A DNA stretch of 64,000 nt from Patescibacteria group bacterium (GCA_050944875.1 JBMNRW010000002.1:1009-65008); one strand, 5' to 3'; numbered from the stretch's first letter, positions 31,777 to 41,357 are shown. Notes: generated by a model from the sequence alone, not told the origin. Numbers and translations are program-made.

Positions 31777-34433
31777 TCCGCCTCGAGGGATCGCGCGGGG
31801 TCGCGGTGGCGCGTGCCGAGCTGCAGCACAATAGCGTGCTCTGGCGCACTGCCCGGCTCGCTGGCGTTGTTGTCGTCGGTCTTGCGCTCCTCTACTGGGC
31901 GGGCGGCGCGCTGTCGCTCGTGGACGTGTCGCCGTTCTTCCTCGGGCTCGCCGAGCTCGTCGTCGGCGTCGCGATTCTGGTCGGCATCGCCGAGCTGTAC
32001 TACCACGTCGCCGTGGAGCCGAGCGCTCCCGTGGTACCGCTCAGTGACGCCCTGAAGCGCGATGACTGGCAGGACCGAGTCAACATTGCGGACTACGCGT
32101 CCCGCGAACTCGCGACCGTCCTCCTCGCCTCACGGTCTGGTGCGACGTTCGATATCTCCAAATTCCTCCAGGCGCTCCTCATGCAGCGGACGACGCGCGT
32201 TCTCCTCGACCGGGCCGGGCTTGCCGGCGACGTCAAGGGCGGCGCTGCCGGCCAGGCTCCTGGAGTCGCTGAGCCGGTCAACTCCGTTGAAGCGGTGCTC
32301 ACTGTCGCAACCACGCTCGCGGCACAGGGCTTCAAGCGCCACGTCCACGTGAGCCACGTCTTACGCGCGCTTGCTCGGCACCACCAGGGCTTTGCGAACC
32401 TGCTCTTCGCCAACGACGTGAAGCCGGAAGATCTCGATGCCGCGATCGCGTGGTACGAGCGAGTGACGACGCTTGCCCGCGGCAGTTTCTTCTGGGAGCG
32501 GGGGAAGATCGGCGTCTGGGGAATTGGGCGCGACTGGGCGGCCGGGTACACGCCGACGCTCTCGCAGTACGCGGTCGATCTGTCGTCGTACCTGCGGGAA
32601 GCGCAGCTCCAGGCGCAGATCACTGGCCGACAGGCGGAGATCGACCAGCTCGTCACGTCCCTGGCCAGTGAGCGCCGCTCGAATGCGCTCCTGGTTGGAC
32701 AGCCGGGCGTTGGGAAGACGACGATCGTGAACGGACTCGCCGCACGGATTGCTTCCGGTGAGGTGCCGCGCTCGCTCGCCGATAAGCACGTGTTCCAGCT
32801 GGATGTCGGCCGTGTGCTCGCCGGGCTCATGAACCGCGGGGAGCTGGAAGTTCGGCTCCTCAAAATTCTCGGCGACGCGGCGCACGCCGGGAACATCATC
32901 CTCTTCATTAAGGACATCCACGTCCTCCTGGCGGCCGAGGAGGGGAAGACCGGCGCGGTCAACGCGGCCGAGACCCTGCTGCCGTTCCTTGAGTCTGGCC
33001 GGATCCAGCTCATTGGGACGACGACGCCGAGCGACTACCACGGCACGATCGAAGTGCAGTCGGCGGTTGCCCAGCTCTTCTCGCGCGTCGACGTCGCACC
33101 AGCCACGCCCGAAGACACGCTCGTCCAGCTCCAAGACGTCGCGCTGCACCTCGAGGTACGCCAGCGGGTGTTCATTGCGATCCCGACGATCCGAGTGGCG
33201 GTCGAACGGGCGGAGCGCTACCTGGCGAACGTGCCACTCCCGGAGAGTGCGATCCGTGTCCTCGAGGCAGCGGCTGTCGCAGCCGGCAACCGTGGCGGTG
33301 GCGTGCTGACCGTAAAGGATGTTGACGACGTCGTCGCGCAGCTCGCGAAGGTGCCGGTCGGCGACGTTGAGACGACGGAGAAGGACAAGCTCCTCAACCT
33401 CGAAGCAGTCCTCCACGAGCGCGTTGTTGGCCAGGACGAGGCAGTCCAAGCTGTCGCGGCGGCACTCCGCCGGGCTCGGTCAGGCCTCGCGAGCCAGAGT
33501 CGGCCGATCGGTAGTTTCCTCTTCCTCGGGCCGACCGGTGTGGGGAAGACGGAGACGGCGCGGGCGCTCGCGGCCGTGTACTTCGGCGCGGAGGACGCGA
33601 TGGTCCGGATCGACATGAGCGAGTTTCAGAGCCCCGCGAGCCTTGCCCGACTCATCGGGGCGCCGACTGAGGCGAACAAAGCCGGCGCAGGCCAGCTGAC
33701 GAGCGCGCTCCGGGACAAGCCGTTCAGCCTGGTTCTCCTAGATGAGATCGAGAAGGCGCACCCGAACGTCTTAAATGTTTTTCTCCAGATCCTCGACGAC
33801 GGTCGTGTGTCGGACGGTCGCGGCGAGCCGGTCGATTTCCGGAACGCGATTATCATCGCCACCTCGAACGCCGGCTCGGCGATGATCCGCGAGGCAGCGA
33901 AGACTGGCGAGCTCGGCGAGGGCTTCAAGGAGCAGCTCATCAATCACCTGCAGAGCGAGGGGCAGTTCAAGTCGGAGTTCTTAAACCGGTTCGATGCGGT
34001 CGTTGCGTTTAAGCCGCTCAGCCTGACTGAGTTGAGTACGATCGTCGACTACCAGCTCAAGGCGTTGAACGCTCGACTGAGCTCGCAAGAGGTGCAGGTC
34101 GCGTTGACGGACGCAGCGCGGACCCGCCTGGCTGAGCTTGGGTACAAGCCGGAGTTCGGTGCCCGAGCGCTCCGCCGCGTCTTACAGGAAAAGGTTGAGA
34201 ACCTCGTCGCTGATCGGCTCCTCAAGGGCGAGGTACAGCGTGGGCAGATCGTAACGATTGATCTCCCGGACCTGGGTGGAGTGGAGGCAGAACGGCAGGA
34301 CGAGGTCAAGCAGTCGACGACTAGTGGGACGCATACTCCGACGAGCGGGTTGCAGCAAGTAGAGACTCATAAATCAGTATCGGCCAACGGGCTGGCGGAC
34401 GAGTCGATTATCCACGATTCTTGGCGCTCTTAG
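31773..34433 (+). CDS. Hsp100/Clp AAA+ ATPase with N-terminal TM helices
   Basis: Two N-terminal TM helices; GQPGVGKT (NBD1); GPTGVGKT and LLDEIEKAHP (NBD2); EFLNRFD, FGARALRR. Confidence 0.92.
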   Translation: MIRLEGSRGVAVARAELQHNSVLWRTARLAGVVVVGLALLYWAGGALSLVDVSPFFLGLAELVVGVAILVGIAELYYHVAVEPSAPVVPLSDALKRDDWQDRVNIADYASRELATVLLASRSGATFDISKFLQALLMQRTTRVLLDRAGLAGDVKGGAAGQAPGVAEPVNSVEAVLTVATTLAAQGFKRHVHVSHVLRALARHHQGFANLLFANDVKPEDLDAAIAWYERVTTLARGSFFWERGKIGVWGIGRDWAAGYTPTLSQYAVDLSSYLREAQLQAQITGRQAEIDQLVTSLASERRSNALLVGQPGVGKTTIVNGLAARIASGEVPRSLADKHVFQLDVGRVLAGLMNRGELEVRLLKILGDAAHAGNIILFIKDIHVLLAAEEGKTGAVNAAETLLPFLESGRIQLIGTTTPSDYHGTIEVQSAVAQLFSRVDVAPATPEDTLVQLQDVALHLEVRQRVFIAIPTIRVAVERAERYLANVPLPESAIRVLEAAAVAAGNRGGGVLTVKDVDDVVAQLAKVPVGDVETTEKDKLLNLEAVLHERVVGQDEAVQAVAAALRRARSGLASQSRPIGSFLFLGPTGVGKTETARALAAVYFGAEDAMVRIDMSEFQSPASLARLIGAPTEANKAGAGQLTSALRDKPFSLVLLDEIEKAHPNVLNVFLQILDDGRVSDGRGEPVDFRNAIIIATSNAGSAMIREAAKTGELGEGFKEQLINHLQSEGQFKSEFLNRFDAVVAFKPLSLTELSTIVDYQLKALNARLSSQEVQVALTDAARTRLAELGYKPEFGARALRRVLQEKVENLVADRLLKGEVQRGQIVTIDLPDLGGVEAERQDEVKQSTTSGTHTPTSGLQQVETHKSVSANGLADESIIHDSWRS

Positions 34434-34684
34434 GTTGTCTTTTGTATTCAGGGCTGGCGACGTAATGGATGCGGCCGACTCGCTTATTGGGTGCGAATTA
34501 AATTGCTCGTACGCACGATACCCGAACTTCCGTTAATCATGGCGTTTTGGTTCGTCAGCACTCCTTCCCGCACTGCAGCACAGCCATTCCTGTGACTGTA
34601 TTACGGGAAGTATTCACTCCCTGTTCCTCTAAGTGGATGGTTGCCTTTCTCATTGCATTCGCTCGCCAGGGTTCAATTTACCCG

Positions 34685-34713
34685 TTGAAGTTCAGGGCGC
34701 TGTTCGGTATACT
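34685..34713 (+). promoter_or_regulatory. tRNA-Ile promoter
   Basis: TTGAAG-17 nt-TATACT, 14 nt before the tRNA. Confidence 0.65.
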
Positions 34714-34727
34714 TGCCCCCGTAGTTT

Positions 34728-34804
34728 GGGCATGTAGCTCAGTTGGTTAGAGCGCGTCACTGATAATGACGAGGTCCCAGGTTCAAATCCTGGCATGCCC
34801 ACCA
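34728..34804 (+). tRNA. tRNA-Ile(GAU)
   Basis: GGGCATG/CATGCCC acceptor stem, CGTCA-CTGATAA-TGACG anticodon arm, GGTTCAAATCC, encoded CCA. Confidence 0.97.
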
Positions 34805-34858
34805 GAGAAGACGACCACGCCTAGGCGTGGCGTTCTTTTGGTATACTTGTGTTGTAAT

Positions 34859-35338
34859 ATGATGAATACGCCGCACATCCTGACGGGGGCAGCGATTGGT
34901 GTTGCAACCGGAAATCCAATCCTGGGGTTCTTGGGTGGTTTGGCGAGTCACTTTGTACTCGACGCGATCCCTCACACGGATCCAGGTACCTGGCATTTCG
35001 AGGAGCCGCTTCCGTTTAAGATTGACGAGCGTGACCTGACAGCGGCATTTATTGATCTCGCCATCGCGGCCGTCTTACTCGTTTGGTTGGCCGGTAATGT
35101 CCCGATCGCTGCGGCAGCGCCACTAGCTGCAATGTTTGGTGCGATATTGCCCGACATTTTTATTGTATCGCTCTTGTTTTGGCCTCGGCTCGTTACCGTG
35201 CCGGGATTTAGTCATTACGACAAGTTTAACCGTATGCTTCAGGCTCAATCGACAGCGAAACCACACCAGTGGGCACTCGGGATTCTTACGCAGGTCGCGG
35301 TGACCGTTGGGGCTGTATGGTTCTTACTCGTCTCCTAG
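34859..35338 (+). CDS. membrane-bound putative metal-dependent hydrolase
   Basis: PHILTG, SHFVLDAIPHTD, ILPD motifs within TM helices. Confidence 0.7.
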   Translation: MMNTPHILTGAAIGVATGNPILGFLGGLASHFVLDAIPHTDPGTWHFEEPLPFKIDERDLTAAFIDLAIAAVLLVWLAGNVPIAAAAPLAAMFGAILPDIFIVSLLFWPRLVTVPGFSHYDKFNRMLQAQSTAKPHQWALGILTQVAVTVGAVWFLLVS

Positions 35339-35559
35339 TTTTTGCACTCTCGCTCGTCGTCGGGTTCTGGATGATCCGAAATTCGCTGACGCTCGTCGGA
35401 TGGTTCGGGCAGTTTAACTGGGCGGAGCGGTATCTTGGCACAGGGGGCAGTTACAGCGCTTGGAAGCTCTTTGGTATTCTTGCGATCGTCTTCGGTTTCC
35501 TGTACGCTGTCGGCCAGTTTGACATTGCTCCCGAGACAGTGGCGCCGCTCGGGCGGTAG
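35317..35559 (+). CDS. small two-TM membrane protein
   Basis: 80 aa; WAERYLGTGGSY loop between hydrophobic helices. Confidence 0.7.
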   Translation: MVLTRLLVFALSLVVGFWMIRNSLTLVGWFGQFNWAERYLGTGGSYSAWKLFGILAIVFGFLYAVGQFDIAPETVAPLGR

Positions 35560-35562
35560 TAC

Positions 35563-35638
35563 GGGCCAGTAGCTCAGTTGGTAGAGCACCGCCTTTGCAA
35601 GGCGGGGGTCTGGGGTTCGAATCCCCACTGGTCCACCA
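35563..35638 (+). tRNA. tRNA-Ala(UGC)
   Basis: GGGCCAG/CTGGTCC with G3:U70 identity pair, CCGCC-TTTGCAA-GGCGG arm, encoded CCA. Confidence 0.97.
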
Positions 35639-35652
35639 ACTTATTCTATAAG

Positions 35653-35675
35653 AAAGAGGTTTTGGAACCTCTTTT
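35653..35675. terminator. hairpin after tRNA-Ala
   Basis: AAAGAGGTT-TTGG-AACCTCTTT. Confidence 0.55.
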
Positions 35676-35687
35676 AATTTAAGTGTA

Positions 35688-35948
35688 CTACTTCCACCTA
35701 TCGAGTTTTGGTATTCCCCGAGTAAGGAACCAGGCAAGCAAACCGTTCATACCATCTTTTTTCATCTCTTGTATGCAATACGTTTGGAATTTTTGTGCTG
35801 TATCAACTTCTGGCGGATTGAGAAATTTTCCTTTCTCGTAGCACATAGAACAATAGATTTTGCTAATTGAACCATCGGCATTTGTGCCCCCTCCTTTCTT
35901 GTCTTTTATCAATGGAAATCCACAACTTTGACAAATCTGGTTATTCAT
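35688..35948 (-). CDS. putative zinc-ribbon domain protein (Zn_ribbon_2-like), AT-rich
   Basis: CQSCGFPL...GTNADGS...YCSMCYEKG...IPKLDRWK. Confidence 0.88.
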   Translation of the reverse strand: MNNQICQSCGFPLIKDKKGGGTNADGSISKIYCSMCYEKGKFLNPPEVDTAQKFQTYCIQEMKKDGMNGLLAWFLTRGIPKLDRWK

Positions 35949-36136
35949 TTGAACCCTTTCTATTTGTAGTTCGTACTTGCGGCTCCGCGCCCAGAGGCAT
36001 ATTCTGATACCTGTTTCTGGTGTCTGTTTGGTGAATGGATCTTTGCTGGTGCTTTTAAAGTAACTGGTGAAATTGATCTTAATAAATGAAATCGCAATAA
36101 CAGCGTATGGTAAAGGGTAATATTTCGTGGCGTACC

Positions 36137-36520
36137 TTACCCTTCATCGCGCCCGAGCGCTGATCCAGCGGCCCAGAGGCCAAGGGCTAGGTATAGGATG
36201 CCGTCGTATGGGTCTTCGAGTGCGAGTTCCATGAGCAGAGGGTCGCCAGCCGGGAGGAAGAAGCTCGCAGTGCCGAGGGCGAGGTAGACGAGCGCAATGG
36301 CGCCCACGAGGAGGCGCTGGAGTGGCCGTGGCGCTACTACGGCCGCGATGAGACTCAGTGCTCCTAATGCAAGCTGCACGAGGTTCTCGCGACCGCTGAA
36401 GTACCATGTCGCGCCGAACAGGCTTTCCTCAGGTGTTGGCCCGATGATACCGATAACGCCGAGGATGCTGAGGAGGATAAGCATCCAGCCGCCCCAGATC
36501 AGGAATGACTTCGTTGTCAT
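36137..36520 (-). CDS. four-TM membrane protein (DUF4383-like)
   Basis: ATG with AAGGA RBS; four hydrophobic helices. Confidence 0.65.
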   Translation of the reverse strand: MTTKSFLIWGGWMLILLSILGVIGIIGPTPEESLFGATWYFSGRENLVQLALGALSLIAAVVAPRPLQRLLVGAIALVYLALGTASFFLPAGDPLLMELALEDPYDGILYLALGLWAAGSALGRDEG

Positions 36521-37229
36521 AAATTCCTTTCGAGTACATCGGAGTAGTGTTGTTACTATACACCAGGTTTTGAATTGGCGGTCCGGGTATGCTTGTTGGC
36601 AAATCAATGACGAACGTGAATGGTTTATGTCAATTCTCGGCTGTGTTGGATGTGTGTTGACTTGAGGTGGTAGCAAATAGGCGCGAGCTCCCGCTGAAAG
36701 CATGCAGTTGCGAGCTAAGTTGGTCTTTATAGAAGCCGATCGGAATGATTATATTCCGGTTGATGTTGGGATCAAATCTTGCTCGGCCGCTGCATCACCT
36801 GTGGCGCGGGCGTTGGAGTAATTCTTGCGGTCAATACAACCAGCCTGGTTGTCCCTGCTCGTGATCGGTGCAGTATGTTTGGTCGGACGTATCACGTTCG
36901 TAGATGTTCTCGTTGTAGTGATGAACGCGGCGCCGTGGATATACGAGCGCGCGGTCTTTACGGGCAGAGGAAAATTGTCCGGTTGCAACCCAGTACCAGC
37001 GAGCGTCGTCAGCATCTTTGACTACAATGAATGAATTGGATCCGCGTTACAGAGCCTTATGGTACTTAGAAGGAATGTTAATAGATATTAGTGTTTAATT
37101 TTCTATTTTTTTTCTCCTTGTAAACTAGACAAAAATGAAATTATCCGTTATAGCTAGTCCAGCTTTCGGGACTTATTCGGTAATCCCGAATTGCAAATTT
37201 ACACACATCTAGAAACGAGGTGAGGGGAT

Positions 37230-37946
37230 TTGGCACATTTGATTGAGCTAATGTTTTGGTCGTTGTACGCAACGTGCTACGACGCATTGAGTCGACTCAA
37301 GGCGTATAAGGAAATGCAGGTTCGAACTCTGCAGCTTCTCTCACCGACGAGCGGCGAACAAATTCTCGATGCGGGGTCTGGAACAGGTAACTTGATCCGA
37401 GCAATCGAGGATATGGCTGAGGTTGTGGTGGTGGGGGTAGATTGTAATCCTGGTATGCTTGCGGTTGCAAAGCGCAAGCAGTTGAGGGCTACGCTCTGGC
37501 GGTGTGATCTCAACGAAGTTTTGCCGTTTCGTGACAGCACCTTCGACAAGGCTGTGTCGACGAACAATCTTTACGTCCTTGCCGATCCCGTGAGTGTGCT
37601 TAGAGAGTTTCGGCGTGTTTTACGGAAAGGGGGCAAACTCATCATTGTAAACCCCGTGCCTGGCTTTTCGCCCGGAAAGATTCTGCGCGATCATCTCGAT
37701 CGAACCAAGGATCTTTGGGGCTGGCTCGAGGTTGTTATCCATATACCACACATCATGGCGATCCTCTTGCTGAATTTGTTTATTGTGAACAAGGGGAGGG
37801 CGGGGAGTTACCATTTTGCCGATGTGGCGAAATGGCAGCAGTGGGTAAGAGACAGCGGGCTAAGTGTTGATCGTTTGGAGTTGGTGTATGCCGATCAAGC
37901 ACTGCTCGTATCTCTCGTGAAGGAGGAGGTGGTTCCAGGTGCATGA
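37230..37946 (+). CDS. class I SAM-dependent methyltransferase
   Basis: ILDAGSGTG, VGVD, LPFRDSTFD, REFRRVLRKGG; TTG start with GAGGTGAGGGG RBS. Confidence 0.9.
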   Translation: MAHLIELMFWSLYATCYDALSRLKAYKEMQVRTLQLLSPTSGEQILDAGSGTGNLIRAIEDMAEVVVVGVDCNPGMLAVAKRKQLRATLWRCDLNEVLPFRDSTFDKAVSTNNLYVLADPVSVLREFRRVLRKGGKLIIVNPVPGFSPGKILRDHLDRTKDLWGWLEVVIHIPHIMAILLLNLFIVNKGRAGSYHFADVAKWQQWVRDSGLSVDRLELVYADQALLVSLVKEEVVPGA

Positions 37947-38613
37947 TTTGGCGATGTTGCAGCTTCATTCGGGTGGGCAGTTGCTGACGATTGACTTCGG
38001 CGCTCCGACGCTTCCGGATGAGTATTTCCAAATGTTTCGGCTGCGGCATGATCGGTACTTAGAGAAGGGTTATATCGCGGCGCGAGACGACGGCTTGGAT
38101 TATGACATCTACGACCAGCGAAAGCAGTGTCACTACGTAATTGCTTCCATCGACAGGCGCGTAGTTGGCACAGTGCGTTTGATTGTCGGCAATACGCTGC
38201 CGACCGAGGATTACTTCAGCTTTCATGAGCCGGATCAAATGCGCGAGTTGCCGCGTAGCTGTCGCGGTGAAGTGTCGCGGCTCGTCGTAGAGCGTGAAGC
38301 TAAACTAGCTCAGCATCTAATAACGATCGGGTTAGTATACACGCTGTACTTGATAGCCGAAGAGGGGCAGATCCTCGGAGGTTACCTGTACGTGAAGAAC
38401 TATCTCCGTCGAATTCTCGCCAGCCTTGGAATCCCGCTTCATGATGTTGGGAGCTATACGCTCAAGCACGCGCCGGATTATATGGCTGGATATTTCGCAG
38501 AGACACAGGAGCCGACTGCACCGCTGTACTTCCTTACAAAGGAAGTTGGTCAGGCAGCGATACTCTTGATAAACCAGGAGGCCAATGGCCGATCCTGGAG
38601 AAAAGTCTCTTAA
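37939..38613 (+). CDS. LuxI/FeeM-like N-acyltransferase (AHL synthase / N-acyl amino acid synthase GNAT fold)
   Basis: FRLRHDRYLEKGY, DYDIYD, VGTVRLI, GEVSRLVV motif series. Confidence 0.8.
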   Translation: MHDLAMLQLHSGGQLLTIDFGAPTLPDEYFQMFRLRHDRYLEKGYIAARDDGLDYDIYDQRKQCHYVIASIDRRVVGTVRLIVGNTLPTEDYFSFHEPDQMRELPRSCRGEVSRLVVEREAKLAQHLITIGLVYTLYLIAEEGQILGGYLYVKNYLRRILASLGIPLHDVGSYTLKHAPDYMAGYFAETQEPTAPLYFLTKEVGQAAILLINQEANGRSWRKVS

Positions 38614-38619
38614 CTCCTT

Positions 38620-38648
38620 AGGGGCCCGTTGGGCCCCTTTTTCTTTCT
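38620..38648 (+). terminator. intrinsic terminator after the acyltransferase
   Basis: AGGGGCCC-GTT-GGGCCCCT followed by TTTTCTTT. Confidence 0.7.
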
Positions 38649-38659
38649 GTTACACTGAA

Positions 38660-40882
38660 ATGGTCATGTGGACTTACAAAGAATTTCTCATTTTAGTTGC
38701 TATCGTTGTTACGATAGCAATGGCTGTTTTTGTTTGGTTGCGACAGCCGAAAAATCCGGTAAATATATTCTTTCTACTCGCATGCCTAAATGTGGTGGGA
38801 TGGGAAGTCGGGATTATTATCTTTCGAATCTCAGCCGATGGTTCAGCGGAGCTCTATTGGGGTCAGCTAATTCATTTTTTCGCGATTTTGATCCCTCTGT
38901 GTTTCTATGTCATGTTTTCATTCTTTCCAGCAGGGAAGTTTCGGGGAAATGCGATTGTTGTTTCGCTTGTTTCTTTACTAACCATTGTTTGGCTTTGGCT
39001 TGTCTTTTCAGAGAAATATATTTCCAGTTTAACATTGGTCGATGGCGTACGGGGATTGCGATATGAATGGTTATTCCTTCCGTATGTCGTACACATTTCG
39101 ATGTTATTCCTTCTTTGTTTTTTTGTGCTTGGCAGGGGTTTGCAAAGTAGCCGAGGAATTATTAGATCTCAATATCTCTACATGTTCCTCGGACTATTTG
39201 GTGCAAGTGGTGTTGGCTCATATTTGAATCTTTTTCTTGTAGGCATTGGTGATTTTCGGTTCAATTGGCTCGGGCCGTTATCGCCAATAATCATGATGGC
39301 ATTTATAGCGTATGCGATAATAGCACATCGTCTGTTTGATATTCGTGTCATTATTCGACGAACAGTGGTGTTCGCTGGATTGTCTGTATTCTCACTTGGA
39401 ATTTACGCCGCAATTATGTTTGCCGCCACGGCGCTTATTGGTGGCTCGGGTCGGTCAGTATTCTTAGCAAGTCAGTTTGTGCCAAACATGGTTGCTGTGT
39501 TCGCTATAGCGCTTGGCTTTGATCCACTTCGGAAGTGGCTAAGCAAGACGACCGATACTTGGTTATTTAAGGCAGATTACGACAAGGAAGCGCTCCTGGC
39601 AGCGCTCTCTAGGAATCTCGCCAACGCAGTAGATCTAATTGATGCCGTTGAGAGCATGATCGAAATTATGACTACTCAGATGCGTCTTGCGAGTGGTGCT
39701 GCCATTCTTGTGCAGCCAGCCGAGGAAGCAGGCATGTATGAGCTGAAGCAGCTGATTTCTGCCGGATATACTGAGCAACAAAAACGAGCTCTCGAGCTAA
39801 AGCCTAAAGACGCGCTTGTTGAGTTCTTTCAATGCGATAAAGACGGTAAGCATAAGTGCACTAGCCTAGTTGTAGTTGACGAGCTTGAGCGTCAGTATAG
39901 TGACTCCAGTTTTTTAGGGGCGCAAAAAGTACTGGCTGCGGCGCTCATCAAGCGATTGCGGGCGATTGATGTGGCGGTGGCAATACCACTTTACATCGCG
40001 CGCCGAGAGCCGGTCCCGACAGTGCCGGGGACGCCGCCTCAGTACAGGAAAGTTGAGACATTCATTGGCATTGTTGTCCTTGGCGAGAAGAAATCAGGTG
40101 ATGCTTTTACGGCTGAAGATTTGCGTCTATTAGAGATTGTTGCGAGTCAAACAGCTGGGGCAGTTGAAAAATCCCGACTCTTCGAAGAAGACCAGCTTAA
40201 GAGTGAGTTTGTTGCCGTGGCGTCTCATGAATTACTAACTCCGACGGCGGCTATGGAAGGCTATCTATCGATGATTTTGGATGAGGGCTTGGGCAAGGTG
40301 GATAAGCAGGCTCGGACGTACCTCGAGATGGTGTACTCGGAGTCCAAGCGACTCGCCGCCCTCGTGAAAGACCTTCTAAATGTTAGTCGAATAGAGCGGG
40401 GTAAGATTCTCGTTAATCCTGAGCCGATTGTTCTCGATGAAGTGGTCGAGCAGGTGCTCGCGAGCCTCAAGTTCCGGGCCGAAGAGCGGAAGATCTCGAT
40501 CCTATTCAAGAAGGCCGAACCACTCCCTAAGGTGATGGCAGACAAAGATAAGCTTGTTGAAGTGTTTGTGAATCTAATTGGGAACTCGATCAAGTACACG
40601 CCAGAGGGTGGAAAAGTAGAGATTGTAACCGAGGTGCAGGACGGATTCGTCGCTGTCTGTGTGAAGGATAATGGAATTGGGATGAAACCAGAGGACGCAC
40701 AGCACCTCTTTAGTAAGTTTTTCCGCGCCTCGAACTCTGACCAGACCGGTCAGGGCGGGACAGGGCTCGGTCTCTACATCACGAAGAACGTCATTGAACT
40801 CATGGGCGGGACGATCACAGTCAAGACGGCGCTTGGAAAAGGCTCGGCGTTTACCTTTACTTTGCCTGTGGTTAACGGGTGA
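38660..40882 (+). CDS. multi-TM (HisKA_7TM-like) + GAF sensor histidine kinase
   Basis: About nine N-terminal TM helices, GAF-type LGEKKSGDAFTAEDLRLL, H-box SHELLTP, NLIGNSIKY, DNGIG, GTGLGL. Confidence 0.93.
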   Translation: MVMWTYKEFLILVAIVVTIAMAVFVWLRQPKNPVNIFFLLACLNVVGWEVGIIIFRISADGSAELYWGQLIHFFAILIPLCFYVMFSFFPAGKFRGNAIVVSLVSLLTIVWLWLVFSEKYISSLTLVDGVRGLRYEWLFLPYVVHISMLFLLCFFVLGRGLQSSRGIIRSQYLYMFLGLFGASGVGSYLNLFLVGIGDFRFNWLGPLSPIIMMAFIAYAIIAHRLFDIRVIIRRTVVFAGLSVFSLGIYAAIMFAATALIGGSGRSVFLASQFVPNMVAVFAIALGFDPLRKWLSKTTDTWLFKADYDKEALLAALSRNLANAVDLIDAVESMIEIMTTQMRLASGAAILVQPAEEAGMYELKQLISAGYTEQQKRALELKPKDALVEFFQCDKDGKHKCTSLVVVDELERQYSDSSFLGAQKVLAAALIKRLRAIDVAVAIPLYIARREPVPTVPGTPPQYRKVETFIGIVVLGEKKSGDAFTAEDLRLLEIVASQTAGAVEKSRLFEEDQLKSEFVAVASHELLTPTAAMEGYLSMILDEGLGKVDKQARTYLEMVYSESKRLAALVKDLLNVSRIERGKILVNPEPIVLDEVVEQVLASLKFRAEERKISILFKKAEPLPKVMADKDKLVEVFVNLIGNSIKYTPEGGKVEIVTEVQDGFVAVCVKDNGIGMKPEDAQHLFSKFFRASNSDQTGQGGTGLGLYITKNVIELMGGTITVKTALGKGSAFTFTLPVVNG

Positions 40883-40937
40883 CTTGTTTTATGGGAAACT
40901 ACTCGATACCGTTAGGGGGACAATAAAAAGGAGGCAT

Positions 40938-41306
40938 ATGGTTAAACGGGTGCTACTTATCGAGGATGATATTACTCTTCGGGACTTGTACTTCACCCGG
41001 TTTAGTATGGAGGACTTTGACCTCGAGGTTGCGACCGATGGCGAGGCCGGTCTCTCTAAGGTGAAGGAGTTTAAGCCAGATGCTGTCCTCCTCGACCTCC
41101 GCATTCCGAAACTTACTGGGTTTGAAGTGCTTCGTCGCATTAAGGAGGATCCGGAGATTAAGGACACTCCGGTCATCGTCTTTACGGCTCTCTCTGGTGA
41201 TGACGACCGGAAGAAGTGTATGGAGACCGGTGCCGCTGCATTCCTCTCGAAGGCCGAGACAATGCCGAAGGATGTCATCGAGAAGATGAAGGAAGTTATC
41301 GGGTAG
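40938..41306 (+). CDS. single-domain response regulator (receiver only)
   Basis: LLIEDD, LLDLRIP, VFTAL, FLSK; AGGAGG RBS. Confidence 0.93.
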   Translation: MVKRVLLIEDDITLRDLYFTRFSMEDFDLEVATDGEAGLSKVKEFKPDAVLLDLRIPKLTGFEVLRRIKEDPEIKDTPVIVFTALSGDDDRKKCMETGAAAFLSKAETMPKDVIEKMKEVIG

Positions 41307-41321
41307 CAATGCACTTCTCGT

Positions 41322-41357
41322 AAGTACGCCTCCTCACTGGGAGGCGTACTTTGTTTC
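41322..41357 (+). terminator. terminator after the response regulator
   Basis: AAGTACGCCTCC-TCACTG-GGAGGCGTACTT then TGTTT. Confidence 0.75.

Noticed and set aside
34434-34684. ncRNA or small gene between the Clp ATPase and tRNA-Ile
   Set aside because: No recognisable structure or credible ORF
36700-37034. Short ORFs on both strands
   Set aside because: No recognisable motifs, clear RBS or host codon bias
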